NCBI GenBank assembly: GCA_028534125.1
Contig: CM052816.1
Coordinates: 4,466,001 to 4,530,000, forward strand
Origin: Lama glama
Lineage: Eukaryota
Direction: 5' to 3'
DNA: 64,000 bases
The notes under the pieces were generated by a model, which did not search any database, was not told the DNA's origin, and saw only the letters and a program-made list of their open reading frames with translations. The stretch's first letter is position 1, and every line of letters begins with the position of its first letter. The position numbers and the translations under genes are program-made. Positions 49,313 through 63,051 of this stretch are shown one piece after another.

Positions 49313-50380
49313 TTAAGAACAACTCAGAAGCATTTTGGCTGCTTGGTGACTTATCCAGAACTCACTCCCCCAGGGAAAGTCAAGAGGAAGGAAGATGCTA
49401 AATATTCCGTCAAACTCCGTGATGCGACAAGTCTCTGAGAAAAAAAAGCATCTATGCAAATCTCCATCTTAAGCATTCTTTGAAGAAACAAGTAACCTAG
49501 CTTGGGGCTACTAACAAGCTATTCATTAACCAGAAATTCAGTTCAAGTAGCCTGACTGAAGTTTTTCCCACGGCCTGGGAATCCAATGTGGGTTTCAGCC
49601 TAGCCTAGTCACTTGGGAACATCTCCTCACCCAATATGATGAGAATAGTGTGTGTCTATTCACAGGCTACGTGAGGACAAGATCGGGTACCATGAGTGAG
49701 CTGCCTAGCCCAGGGACTGGAAGAGAGCAGAGGAGATTAATGAATAGGAACTGTCTGCTGCCGGGCCTGACAAAGTCCCTCTCCCATCCCCTGAGGAGAC
49801 AGAAGGAGGAGGCATGAACCCCAAACCCCCAAAGTCCCTCTCCCTTGTAAGTAATACAGAGAGACTGTGGAAGAGCTCCCTCCACTAGCCTGAAATTCTC
49901 AAGTGTGACTGGTGAGCCTAGACTTTCTTAGGCTCCCAAAGAGTGTAAACAAGAAAAAGAAAAATTTTTTAGAAAAACTAACTCGCTCTTAGCCATAAAG
50001 GTCAGAAGCTAGAAAGCTGAATTTATTCTGTTCACAGGGAGAAGATTAAAATTTTGATAACAGTTCAGAAATGAGCACTAAAAATGGCTAATGCAAATCC
50101 ACTAAGAAAGTAACTGTCTTAGAAGAAAATTCTACATAATAATAATAGTTATACTCGGAGAGGCTAACTTCATCACATTCACACAGGTAGGAAATGGCGT
50201 TTCTGGGATTTGAAGTAAGTGTGATTCCATCAACTTCCTTCTCTTATTACAACTATAAAATCCTCAGGTTTGAAATAAATGTTACAGGCCATCTAGACAA
50301 TTTCTTCATCTTTACAATGGTACAAGAGTAGATCAAGGAATGTGTTCCTGTTTGTAAACTTGTCCATTAAAATACAATTA

Positions 50381-50555
50381 AGGTCCCCAGATTTTGGAAA
50401 TAAAAATATAAGATGCCCCATAAATTTGAATTTTAAATAACAAATAATTTTTTTTAGTATTAGAGTATGGACATAGTTATACTAAAACAAATTATATGTG
50501 TTTTTTTCTGAAATTAAAATGGAGCAGCGTATCCTGGATTTTACCTGTAACCCTA
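50381..50555. mobile_element. MER53 palindromic MITE
   Basis: aggtccccagattttggaaataaaaatataagatgccccataaatttgaatttt...atcctggattttacctgtaacccta. Confidence 0.8.
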
Positions 50556-51839
50556 AATATGATGTCAACCCAGCATTCTGCGTATGATCCAACCAAAAGA
50601 ACAGGTTTTCTTGGAATGTTGAAAGGTGTAATTCAAGGCAAAGGGATGACATTTTATAGTTTTTAAACCATAAAGCATCTGTGAAGCACTTTACACTTGA
50701 CTAATAACTTCCTTTGATTCCACTCCTCCCCAACTGACAGTCTAAGAACTTACGCTACTTACTCAATGTCACACAGCTAGTAAATTACAAAATCTGACAT
50801 TTATATGTGGGTAATCTAATCCTGCTGCTACTGCTGCTAACAATGGTAAGTGCAATTGTAATTTATTAAGCACTTACTACACTGTCTGTCAGGTGTTAAG
50901 GCTTTACACATCATGTCTCCCTGTATGTAAGGATAAACTTCTGCACAGAAAAGGTTCTCCCTGAAGACTGTTGAGAGTCTTCCTTCCCCACCAAATTAAC
51001 CCCTAATTCCAAAATGATCAGGAGTAACTAAATTGAATAGCAGCACCTTCTACATAATCTAATGCAAAACTTGACAAATTCTTGGAAGGTTCCTTGGAAC
51101 CTGTTAATATTTACACACTTATCTCGTCTTAGACTCTGGGATCCCTGCAGACAGAGAACATGACCTGGCCACCACTGTATCATCATTCATTGAGCTTGGC
51201 GCCTGCACTGTGCAAAGAGAAGGGATTCCAAAAAAAAAAAAAATTAATTACATGAATGAGCAAAAGTCTTGAGAATATCAATTTAGGATTCTGGAAGAGA
51301 CAAGAAGACATCTCTTTTTGGGGGGGGTAAATTATTTTAAAGTATCACTGAGAGGTTTTTAAGAGAAGCGACAGATCAATCAGTAAGTAGTGTTAACTTG
51401 TAGTTCAAGCCTTACTTCTCTAAGCTTGAAAAAATATTGTGAGTGAAGGTGGGGAAAGGAGGCAAGAGCTAGAGGTCTTTGTTTGGCTGCTTATGGTTCT
51501 TCAATAGACAACTCATTTTATTGAATAGCCCACAAAATACGTGCAGCGGGATCCTAGAAAGAGCCTGTCTGCTGCTGCTGTGATACAAAGTTTTGTTGTT
51601 AAGAGACCTCAAGTGTTTGATTGGCAGTAAGTACTAGGAGATGGCTGAACTGAGGGGGATGACCAGTCAAACCTGCCCAGAACCTAGTGACAAAGTGGTC
51701 AATGGCCCCTTTACTTCCCTGGCACAGAAAAGGATAGCAGAGAGGAGAGGGAAGCAGGGAGAGAAGGAAGGAAACAGAGGGGATGCGAAGGAGGCAACAT
51801 GTATTGCGGAGGAATGAATTCTGGAAGGGGAAGAATTCT

Positions 51840-51950
51840 TGGCCCAACTCTGCAACCTGCTACGGACAGAATTTGATGAGGTCCTTTCCTCCCTGAGCCT
51901 CAGTTTCTTCATTTGTAAAATAAAGGTGTTAGACCAGAATAACACTTCCC
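51840..51950 (+). mobile_element. MIR core
   Basis: ccctgagcctcagtttcttcatttgtaaaat. Confidence 0.75.
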
Positions 51951-52739
51951 AGAGAATGTATTCCCGGGATCCACAGGATGTCTCCAGCTGGCATGCAGAA
52001 GAAAAAAGTGCATTTCTGTAGTCAATTAAATTTAGAAAAGGCTGGATTAAGCAAAATGAAATGGGTTTCTTTATGTCAGGATTTTCAGTGTCTCTGAAGC
52101 TCAAATACACTTTTTTGCTCTTCTTCAAAAGGGGTTAATAGTGCCTGCCCCATAAAGTTCTTGTGAGGGTTAAACGAATCAGTTCTAAGAGCTACATAGA
52201 TGTTAGCCTCCATTAATAAGGCTACCATCAGCATTACCATTATTAATCTGGAAAGTGGATGGACACAGAATATAGTACCCTCCAAACTTAGAGGAGACTC
52301 GAAACACGTCTTCTTTGTTTGTTCATTTGTATCTTTATCTGTAGAGTATCTCACTGAGGGCTAACGTTGCTCACTATACTGAGAAATCCTGATCTAGAAT
52401 GACCCTGAGGCCCCTCCTGTCTCTGATATCCTATGACTCCATGGCAAATTAAGCTCCTAAACACAGACTGCTCCACCCTTAGCATGAGCACTAAGGCCTC
52501 CAATAAGTGAAATGATATTTATTGAATGAATAAGCAAATGAATGAATTTGTTTTTTAAGTTGAGAGCCCACACACTCCACTCAGTTCCCAGACCCAGACT
52601 GCAGCCCTGTCTCCCTGCTGAAAGAGTCAGAGCCTGGGGTCTTCATATTCCAAAAAGGGCATATGAACTTCAGTATATCCTCAAATACTCAGTGCCATCT
52701 CTCCCCAGGCTAATTTGCCCATAATCATCCAAGCCATGG

Positions 52740-53070
52740 GTTATTTCATTTATTCATTCATCCTGCAAATACCTGTAAAATTTCCCCTCTGTTCCATGCA
52801 TTGTTTCAGCAATGGGGAGATTACGAAGATAAATCACTCAAAGAGTAGACCTTGGCAGTAATTAGAATCTCCTTGAGGAGAAAAAATATGTACAGTAATG
52901 GTAGTTTAAGGTGAGTCGTGCTGAGAGTAGGAGCAGTTTAATGTGGTAACAGATTGTCAGCTTTGAGAATCAGGACAGTCTTCAGGGGGAAAGCATGTGG
53001 CATTAAAATGGACCCTGAAGGATCTGAGCATGGGGACCTTTCAGGCAGAAGGAGCGCCTGGGCAAAGATT
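52740..53070 (-). mobile_element. L2 3' region
   Basis: tttcatttattcattcatcctgcaaatacctg...ggaccctgaagga...tcaggcagaaggagcgcctgggcaaag. Confidence 0.7.
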
Positions 53071-53254
53071 TAATTCCACATCATACCAACCACCTAAATC
53101 ACATCGCATGGCCAATCACGCATCATGGCCAAACGAGGTGTGACGCCCTTGAATTACAACCCAGGCCTGCTGCATCCTGGCCCCATGGATAAAGCAGGTA
53201 GCTCTCTATTGTCCTCATTATCTCTAAAATGTAAATATTAATGTGAGATGAGCA

Positions 53255-53850
53255 AGCAACAGTAATAAAATTTATTTAGCGCTTGCAAAATGCCAGGCCC
53301 TATTGTAAGCCCTTAGTATTTAAAGCCTCCTTTAATCTTCACAACAAACCAACACATTTCTCAGGTCAAGTAATTTGAGCTGGGTCAAAAAGTAATGAGG
53401 ACTGAAGCCTAGGTTTTCCCCTAATTCCTGCTGGCTACAGATCCAACCCAAATCCTAATCATTAGTATTACTATCTCCATTTCACCAGTGAAGAAACCAA
53501 TGAAACTTAGCAAAGTTAAGACCCTGGCTGGCTTGAGGTCACATGGCTAGTAAATAGCAGAGCTGGGGCTCACACTCGAGCCTGTCCCATTCACCAGCCT
53601 CTGCTCTTAGAGTCCATGTGCGCTGTTGCACCAGCAGCAGCAGCAGCAAATGTGTGTGACTTACCGTGTGCCAAGCACTGTTCTATTTACAAAGAATAAC
53701 TGGGAGTCCTTAGAACAACCCTACGAAGCAGGACAGATGAGGAAAGTGAAATACAGAGGCTTCAGGTTAGGTTACCGCTGGGCTTTGGTGCACCGGAGAA
53801 CTGGACTCTAGCTGCCAAGCTTCTGGCTCCGGGCTCTTACCTGTACCATT
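53255..53850 (-). mobile_element. Tandem MIR fragments
   Basis: ctccatttcaccagtgaagaaacca...gaggtcacatggctagtaaatagcagagctggg; acttaccgtgtgccaagcactgttct...acagatgaggaaagtga. Confidence 0.75.
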
Positions 53851-54909
53851 ATCTGCCCTTTAGAAAAAAGGAAAGGGGGTGGCAGGGGCGATTTGGAAGT
53901 TCAGCACCCCGCCCCCCTCATCAGAGGCCACTTTAAATGATCTAAATTCCAAGGGTAGCATGTCTAAAATACACAGTGTACCCCTGGGAGTTCCTCCTTT
54001 CCTGATTTGGATCATTCATCTTTTCATTGCATGAACTGAGTAGGGGGAGTTGGAGAAAGATTTCACTAAACGAATGGTGGAGAACTTTCTATATGTTCAA
54101 ACTGACTTTGTATGCACCTTTATAGAAGACATTTCCCATCTTTAAGATAGGATCACGTCCCCAAGTGTCTAACTGTGTTCGTGCACGCACACTATATGGG
54201 AAAAGAAGTGGAGGCTGCTGTTAAAAATATGATAATCGACTTAAAAGACACCTTAAAATTAGAAAAGATTAAAGTTTCCAAAGCTTAAATGAAAGGAGTC
54301 CTATGGCGTCTTTTTATTTCTACCACTTCGTACTCTGTAACCTTCTTTTTAATGGTAGCTATCACCTCAAATGTGGTGGGCATTTTCTTAAGCTAGAAAT
54401 GATCATTAGCTCTCAGAATTACAAGACGCCAATAACTGTCTGATAATCTGTCTCAGTTAAGCTATATCCTGCTGCTCTCTTGCACTTGCTTTTATTCAGA
54501 GTGTGAAAAATGCTTAGCAGGTGGACTTTCTTTTGCAAACTGAAGGAAAGATGCATTTTGGCTGATCGCTTTGTGCAAGGGCGGCTTAGGAAATAAGAGC
54601 TTGCATTCAACGACAAGATAAGTGTGCAATTAATGACAACTGTGTGTAGAAATTAAAGAGCAGGGAAATATTACAGTGAGCCTAAGCTAACAGCATGACA
54701 GTAAAAACTTTCCACTGGAGAGGCAATCTTCTGCTTCCTTGTTTTATATCTTGAGTCTTTTTCAATTAGTTGCAGGTCATGGAAAAACAAAAAACAAATC
54801 GATCCTTCATTTTTCACTTCCATTTGAAACAGCAATATGAGGTTGTCATTGGTAGAAATAAAATAGTCATATTGAAAGTTGATTATGCATATTGTGCATG
54901 TAAAATGAT

Positions 54910-55160
54910 GATTATTAATAATGATATCAATGACAATATAACAATATTAACTAGACATTCCTGAGAATTACTATGTGCCAGGCATGTGCTGATATCACAA
55001 GCATTAGCTCATTCAGGCCTCACAGTTTATAAGGATAAGGGGTGTGAGCCGATGACGACCCTGTGGCTTAGAGAGGTGAAGTAATATATCAAAGGTCAGA
55101 TTATGAGTGGTGATGTGGGATCCCAGCCCCTGACCATTGGAACAACATGGCCATGCTGCA
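54910..55160 (-). mobile_element. MIR SINE
   Basis: ttactatgtgccaggcatgtgct...ggcttagagaggtgaagtaatatatcaaaggtca. Confidence 0.75.
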
Positions 55161-55559
55161 TGCCAGTTTCACCTACTGTACTTCCTCCAGGCTTGAGCAA
55201 TTCACTCGAAACAGCAAAGAAACCTGATAATGGTTATGGTTGTGATCTGAAAGTTGCATAAACTTCTCAAGCTGGCAGCTCTGGAGCATGGGGAAGTGCC
55301 TGGGACTATGAAGCCACAGAGCTTAAAACAATGTCGCCCCCTGGAATGCTAAAGCTAGTCAACTGGTAATTTACATTATTTTTACATCAAAACACGTTAT
55401 GGTGTAGAATTCACTTGCATTTTTAAAGTAAAACAGAATGAGGATTCAAAGACATCTTGGATTCGGCTTTATCTCCCAGAAGGGCTAAGTTCACACCCAG
55501 AAGCTGGATTCACCCTTCTCAAGTCACCATCACACCTCAGCCAGCCCAGCATCCTACCT

Positions 55560-55994
55560 TCTTCTGGTGGAAGCTCCGTGACTGTCCTCTCGGGAACCAC
55601 CCCTGATATGCTCTCACTCTTGTTAACTCAGTGGTTGACCCCATCCCCAGCTCTAATGACAGCCTGTTATCCAGGCCTGACCTATGAGACCCAATTACAG
55701 GTAATTGGGAAAGAGAAATTCTTTTGTCTGGACTTAAAGCTGGGAGGATGACAGCCTGGAGCTGCTCTGGGCCATCTGGCCACGACCTGAGCAGAGCTTG
55801 CCTGAGAACACCGTCAACACGCAGCAAATCAGAGCCAATAGATGGAGCAAGACCAAGTCCCACTGAAATTGTCTGAACCCTGGCCGTGCCTGAGGCAAAC
55901 TCCTGAACTCATTGGTTATGTGAGCCAGTAGACTGTTCTTTTGTGTAAACGTTATTTGTGCTTCGTCACTTGCAACCGAAAATATCCTGATACA
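55560..55994 (+). mobile_element. ERVL/MaLR LTR (LTR16-like)
   Basis: gccgtgcctgaggcaaac...ggttatgtgagccagta...gtcacttgcaaccgaaaatatcctgataca. Confidence 0.7.
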
Positions 55995-58499
55995 ATATCT
56001 GTCAGTCCCTTTGATCATTACAGAAGCTCAGACGTCAAACTGTTGGCCACAAGGTGGAGGGAAAAATTCACAGTTTCTACAGTCTGGTTCATCGGCACAT
56101 CATAGGAGAGAAAGGATGAGAACCTCAGAAAAGGGAGAGCCTCATGTAATCAACAGCCAGGACCTCCACTTACACAAGTCCATAAATCAAGTAACGAAAT
56201 AAAAATGGCATATCAAGAAAATGGGCAGGATTCCCAGAATAAATAATTCTTTCTGTTTCCATCATAATGTGATGGTGGATATGCCTGCATGGGAGTGACC
56301 CACACAGTGAGAAAAAGAAGATAACAAATGTTACTTATCCTACCCTCTGAGAAAATCATTTGTCATTTTAGCAAAAATAGAGAGAATCTAGGGAAAATGC
56401 ACATATAAATGTATTGATATCCACCTGTTCTATTCGCCAAAGGACCTGAATCTAAAATTAGCTATGGTTTTATTTTTTGGGTCACATAACTTTGAAACTT
56501 GTTACCTTTTAGCTCTGTATTAGCAGAGTGGTATCAAAGAAAGACCAGTGTCAAAGTCAGCTGACAGCTCTGGGGTCTAGTCTCAGCCCTGTTCATTATT
56601 GCTGTGTGCCCTTGGGATGGTCCACTGGCCTCTCTGATCCTGAGAATATCCTCAAGTTTGGCTCAAACATAATGATCTCAATCTCTTTCCTGAGAGTCAA
56701 CATACTCTCATCCCCTTTGTCAGAGCAGTCTCCCTTTTCTCTGGCTCGTGTACCACCAGCTACCTCCCCACTGGGTGTTCTACCTGCACCTGTCTAAATC
56801 TTGCCTCCTTTTCAGCATCTATTTCAGGACCTACCTACCCTGGAAAGTCCTCTTTCCTGTCACGGTGTACACATCTCTTCCGAGTTTTCAGAGCATAGAG
56901 TATCCAGGAGGGTGTCTAAGATGTCACCTCGTTGAATCCCACCCTCTTCCCATCAGTCTGTGCTTTACATATTTAGCCACCACTAAATATAGATGCCTGC
57001 GGGGGGGGGGGGCTTAAATTCATACAAATACCTCAGGAGTGTGTGGGGTAAGACAGTGCGGTGAGGTTATACAGCTGAAAGTAACACTTGCCCAGTTATC
57101 GTGACTTCTGAAATATTACAGGTGCATAATAGCCAAGCCAAACGCAAATACAACCATGTCAGACCAGTGGGCCCTCATCGTAGGCCCAGCCTTGTATTAT
57201 CTCAGCCATGATATGATCAAGAATCCTTACTGAAAATTAATCGTGCTATTTCTTATCCCACATTATTTCAGCTCTACTAGAAATCCTTTAGGAATCAATT
57301 AATACCTGCAGTCTTGGCTGCATTAGGAAGTACTCAGCTATCTCTAATCTCCTGTGCTGTTCCACAGTGATTTCAAATGCAGTATTAGTCTTTCTCCCCA
57401 GAGATAAGCCCCTCGAGATTGGGACACAAGCCATTGTGCTGCACACAACGTTGGGTTAGAGACTGATTTTCTTCTCTTGACTCATGCACTCTGCATCCAT
57501 GACCATGAGAACATCCCATTTGAAGAGAATTTCTTCGGAGGCCTATTTTAGAAAACAACAAATGAAGTAGTAAAGCAATTAAATCCAAAACGCTCCCCCA
57601 CAGGTTGTGGGAGACAATCTTTCATTTCACCCAGAAATGTTGATTATGGGATGATTTTTTTTTTTTGCTTTGTTTTGGTGTGTCTGCAAAGTGAACATTC
57701 CTCAAGCACTCATCACCCAGCAATTATACATAAATACATGTTGCAATTAAGTTTTCTCTTTTCCCAAGCTGATAAGTGCCAGGAGGAAAAAAAACCCCAC
57801 ATTAAAGCCACTTAGGCAAGGCAGGTTAAAAAAAAACACTTTAATGGACTGAAATTATGTCAATGATTCTCAGTTTCTGTTGGAAAGCAGAGGAATCATG
57901 ATTATTTGACTGGTGCCCCTATCATTTCATGAACAGGATGTTCCCACCTACGCTGTCAGCCGAGTTAGGTCTTGCTGTCACTTGATTGAGGCTCATTTAG
58001 TCAAAGCAGCCAACCTATGCTGAGGATGTGGGGCTCAGAAGTCTCCCACATCCTCAGCGAGTGACTGATGAAGAAAGCATGCTTGCTCTCTGTTGCTGAA
58101 AACAGAATGAAGGAACTTTTGATGGCTCCATCAACACTTTTAAAAAGATACACCAGTATCCATGCCTGGACCAGAGCTGATGCTTCAATACTGATTTGCA
58201 AATGAATGTTGCATAAGCAAATAATTTCCTAACTTGGTTAGGCAGCTGTTCAAAAGGATGGAAAACTGAGGTAGAGAATGTAGAAATTGATAATCCAGTG
58301 GCATTTATTTGATTATAAAATGGAAATGAGATTTGTCATTATTGTGTTAAAATTGTGTATTGTATGTGTTTTGTGTTAATGAATTTACTCAATAAGAAAG
58401 AAAAATTCTCCCAGAACATCTTATCCCTTGTGCATGAGATCATTAACATCATGAAATTAAGCTCTGGGGGGAAAAATATTGGCATATTTAGGCTATTCA

Positions 58500-58730
58500 T
58501 GATAATAAAAATAACAATAACAGTATTTACAGAGTACTTACCGTGTTCAAAGAACTTTACCTGTGTTCTTACAATTAATCCTCCTAACAACCATTTGAAA
58601 TAACTAATATTATCCTCTTTTTAAAGGTGAGAAAACTGAGATACAGATTAATTATCTTACTCACAAGGATATAATTATCAAATAGTAGCATTGGGAATTG
58701 AACTCAGGCAATCTAAGTGCAGAGATGGCA
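58500..58730 (-). mobile_element. MIR SINE
   Basis: ttaatcctcctaacaacca...aggtgagaaaactgagatacaga...gggaattgaactcaggcaatct. Confidence 0.85.
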
Positions 58731-59014
58731 AATATAAATATGCTATTTTTTTCTTTAAAAAAAAATTCTACATGTATTGTGTCAGCTGGTACCCCAGCGA
58801 CTTGCTTTCATGAAATATTCGTGTTCCTAAAGGGGCAACTACCTTAAATTCACACATCGGCATCTCCAAGACTCTCTTCCAGGGGACACAACTCTTCTGT
58901 CAGGTAGCATTTATTACCAGAGCAATTTGGTCAATTATGGTTTGGAAACTGGGTCACAGACCCAAACAGGCTGCTTTACTGCAGGACCCCTCAGAGCCTT
59001 TAACATGCCAACGC

Positions 59015-59522
59015 ACATGGCATTTAAGATAAAATGCAAACTTCTCAGCATTTTTCCTACCAGACCAGACCCGTCACGATCTGTCTTTTTTGCACCTTCC
59101 CAAGCCCTAGCCCTTGCATTCACCTCCCACCACCACGCTCTAACCACACTCTCCCACCTTCATTTCCTGCCACTGTCTCTTCACTGCCTCCAAGTCTTAG
59201 CTCCCTAGACTCCTCCAGCTCTGCATGGCCGACTCCATCCTCACCTTTTGGGTCTCAGCTGAAATGTCAATTCCTTTCCCAGCACCGTGCCTGAAACCCG
59301 CATAGAGCATCCTGGCTGTCCCTCCCCTGCTACTTTCCTGTCTCCTTCACATACCTTGTTCATTTATTTACATACGTGATTATTGACTACTGACACTTTT
59401 CTAAGTAAAAGGTTGAGGACCCAAGGTCCAGAAAGACAAGGACACCGTCTTATTCGGTGCTGGAACCATAACCCCTGACACAGACAGATGCCCAGTAAAT
59501 GTCTGTCAAATGCATGAATAAA
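59015..59522 (+). mobile_element. L2 3' region
   Basis: ttaagataaaatgcaaacttctcagcat...gggtctcagctgaaatgtca...agtaaatgtctgtcaaatgcatgaataa. Confidence 0.82.
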
Positions 59523-59997
59523 TCTCTCAGAAGCAGACCCAATTTATTCTACTCCATAAACAAATCTGCCTTCCCCTCCATTTTTTAATGTCTATTATGT
59601 CTCACAAAAAGATTGTATTCCACGGAATGTTGCTGGTGAAAAGCAAAACCAGATCAAATAACATCTCACTATTATTGAAAACAAGAACAAATTTAAATTA
59701 TCCATTCTCTGGCCTACCTTAAAATAGCGGTATTTAAAAATTAATACTGTGGGGTATTTCTGATGAAATTTTTAAATGCTTCTAATTAGTATAATTATGT
59801 TCCATTAGATCAATTTAAATATGTCTAGCACCTTTTACAGCTTAAAGAATACAGAATTTTCCATTCTCAAAAATACACCGAGGCCAAACGGTAACTCCAG
59901 AAGTGATGCATGTTTTGAATAAAAATAGTCTTATTGAAATTTCTGAATTCCTTTGTGTGTTAACTCAAGGCCTCCAAGAAGGACACCCTAAAATGGA

Positions 59998-60437
59998 TGT
60001 TGTGGGTTGAGTTGTGTACACCCCCTAAAAATAATATATATCAAAGTCCTAACCCCAGTACCCGTCGAAGTGATCTGTTTTGGAAGTAGGATCTTTGCAC
60101 ATAACCAAGTTAAGATCAGGTCATTAGGCTGAACCCTAATCCAGAATGACCATGTCCTTATAAAAAGGGGAAGTCTGGACACAGACAGACATGTACAGAA
60201 GGAAGATGATGTGAAGTCACAGGGAAAAGACCGTCTACAATTCAAGGGACATCAGAGGTTACCAAAAGCTAAGAGAGAAGCCTGGAACAAATTTTCCACC
60301 ACAGCCTCAGAAGGAACCAACCCTGCTGAAACGTCGATCTTGGACGTCTAGTTTCTGGAAACGTGAGACACTCAAGGTATGCTGTTTAAGCCATCCAGCC
60401 TATGCCTTTGTTAAGGCAATCCTAGGAAGCGAATATA
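59998..60437 (+). mobile_element. MaLR solo LTR (MLT1B/C-like), full length
   Basis: tgttgtgggttgagttgtgt...ccctaatccagaatgaccatgtccttataaaaagggg...cagaaggaaccaaccctgctga...ctaggaagcgaatata. Confidence 0.9.
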
Positions 60438-60860
60438 ACAGATCAGACCTGTGAGAGATTAATCAGGAAAAACACCTGTTTAGGAAAATGAGGATGGAGA
60501 GAGGAAAAGAAGGCTGAGAAAGCTTTCTGAGTGCCATACAGGGCTGCCCCTTATGAACCAGGGAAGGAAAAGGAATGAAAAGGAAGGAGAAGGAAGTAAG
60601 GTTGGTTGAGTGGAAGAGCCTTAGGCTATATTTTGATTCCAAGAAAGTGTGGCAAAGCTAATGTGGAGTCCTTAAACCAAAGCTGCCCATCAGAGAAGTT
60701 CCCCATCTCCCTGGGATAGGCCTGCCCGCGTGTCTTTGCCATTGGCCGGGAGCAGCCATCAGGAAATGTGGCCTCAGCACCAATGCAGCGACAAGTCTCA
60801 CAGCATGGCAAATGGGACAGTCAGAGAGCTGAGTGCCACACTGTCACTGCCTCCACACGC
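60438..60860 (-). mobile_element. LTR33-like ERVL LTR; its terminus probably lies at about 59955-59997, left of the MLT1
   Basis: gccattggccgggagcagccatcaggaaatgtggcctcagcaccaatgcagcg; ccaaagctgcccatcagagaagttccc. Confidence 0.7.
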
Positions 60861-60939
60861 TAGCCTTGTTTGTATCATGGAGACCTTGCTGTAAGTTAAA
60901 CTAGAGAAATTCTGGAATCCTTCTAAGTTACCAGGTACA

Positions 60940-61215
60940 GGTGCCTAAGAGCTTACCTCCCCAGTCAGACAGACCAGACCTGGGTGTTTAGTTCTGGTGC
61001 TGCTACTTACCAGCTGTGTGATCTCAAGCAGCTAATTAACCTCTTTGGGACCTCAGTTTTCTATTCTGTAAAATGGGGAATAATCATAATAACAGCTCAC
61101 TGGAAAGTCACTGTGAATTTCAAATCAGATAATGGCAAGCAGTCATCAGAGTATCTGGCACATCATTAGCAACTAGTGACGTGTAGTCATGTTTGTTAGC
61201 AGTTACAATTGTCAT
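60940..61215 (+). mobile_element. MIR SINE
   Basis: cttaccagctgtgtgatctcaagcagctaattaacctctttgggacctcagttttctattctgtaaaatggggaataat. Confidence 0.88.
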
Positions 61216-61529
61216 AAATAATATGCATACGGGAAACGATTTTGAGGTTTAGTTTGTGTATTAGATTTGCCTGCCCCATGTTGCTTAGACTTTAAAAGAA
61301 TCCAACTAATGGAACTAGTTTCACTGTGGAGGGCACAGGTACTGATCAGTGCCTCACTGGCTTCCCACCCCAGGAATAACTGCAAATCCTAGAGACAGAC
61401 AATTCAAGGATGTCATTCCTCTACCACCTCAGACATGGTGATGTGTCCTTAGTGGGTCTAACTGCAGACAGTCCCTCTACCCCTGTTCCCAGGGAAGAGA
61501 CTCTCTCCCTACAAGGGTGGTAAGCTGGG

Positions 61530-61900
61530 ATGCAAAGTCTTAAGTGTCTCTATATGAGCTCAGTTCTCCTTGCCCCTACTGTCTCAGCCTGGGCCACTCC
61601 CTCCCTTACCCACTAACCTCCAGCCACACAGGCCTTCTTTCAGCTTCTCAGATGCTTTAAGTCCTATCCTGATTGAGGACTTGGTCCAGAATGCCCTCCC
61701 TTCTTCCCCTGGCCACTCCTGCACTTGGTCAGCTCATCCTTCAAACCTTGACTTAAAAATACTCCTTAGAGAAGCCTTGTACCTTTCCCAAGGTCTCCAA
61801 AACATCACTAAGTCAACATGTCAAAATCCAAATTCATGATCATTACCCCAAACCTGGTCCCCCAGCTCCGTGGACAGTTCCACCATCCACAGAGTTACAC
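61530..61900 (+). mobile_element. L2 fragments
   Basis: ctccagccacacaggccttctttcagcttctc...cagaatgccctccc...aagtcaacatgtcaaaatccaaattcatgatc. Confidence 0.72.
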
Positions 61901-62551
61901 CAGCTAGAATCACCAGTTTTGACCTGCTCGTGACGACTGTGCCTACCCTGTAGTTAGACTCATCTGAGAGCTGAAGATGCAGGACCCTGGCTCCGGCTAT
62001 GACTGGACCTGCTGGGTGAGCGATCCAAGACATCTGCTCTCCTTCTCAAGCTAGTGTGAGCAGAGTTTCTATTACTACAGCCAAAATGCTCCATGCTAAT
62101 AAGTTTATTATCATTATCATCATCACCATCATTAATGTGTTTGTTGTTATTACTGTTATCTATTCAGAAAAAGGAGCAAACCCATCTCTGAAGGAGATCT
62201 GCATGTGAACTCCTTAGTAAACAACAGAGGAGGCTTGATGACAAGTCAGAGCTTCATCCAGATAAATGGGTTTCTGAGCTAGAATATCAGAGGTGAGCTT
62301 TCTCGTTCAGGTTTCACTGCCCTTAACCTTCAGCAGTGGTCATTTTTCACATGCACCAAAACCATTTCACTGAACTTGGAGTACTCCATTCATCCATCCA
62401 CCTGGATGTCAGTGGGAGTGATTTAGAAAGATTACAAATCTCTGTGCCTTTCGATTGTCCTTAGAAGATAGACACAGTCTAGCCTGAGATCCCAAGGCAG
62501 CATGAACCACGAATGCCACGATATGAAGTCCAATCTCCATAGGGGGATGAA

Positions 62552-63051
62552 NNNNNNNNNNNNNNNNNNNNNNNNNNNNNNNNNNNNNNNNNNNNNNNNN
62601 NNNNNNNNNNNNNNNNNNNNNNNNNNNNNNNNNNNNNNNNNNNNNNNNNNNNNNNNNNNNNNNNNNNNNNNNNNNNNNNNNNNNNNNNNNNNNNNNNNNN
62701 NNNNNNNNNNNNNNNNNNNNNNNNNNNNNNNNNNNNNNNNNNNNNNNNNNNNNNNNNNNNNNNNNNNNNNNNNNNNNNNNNNNNNNNNNNNNNNNNNNNN
62801 NNNNNNNNNNNNNNNNNNNNNNNNNNNNNNNNNNNNNNNNNNNNNNNNNNNNNNNNNNNNNNNNNNNNNNNNNNNNNNNNNNNNNNNNNNNNNNNNNNNN
62901 NNNNNNNNNNNNNNNNNNNNNNNNNNNNNNNNNNNNNNNNNNNNNNNNNNNNNNNNNNNNNNNNNNNNNNNNNNNNNNNNNNNNNNNNNNNNNNNNNNNN
63001 NNNNNNNNNNNNNNNNNNNNNNNNNNNNNNNNNNNNNNNNNNNNNNNNNNN
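62552..63051. other. Assembly gap (500 N)
   Basis: Run of N. Confidence 1.

Noticed and set aside
51667..52128. 153-aa minus-strand ORF
   Set aside because: Contains the translated MIR core (FILQMKKLRLRE); spurious
53626..53811. Short (CAG)n giving polyQ in an ORF
   Set aside because: About six repeats at a MIR tail; not coding
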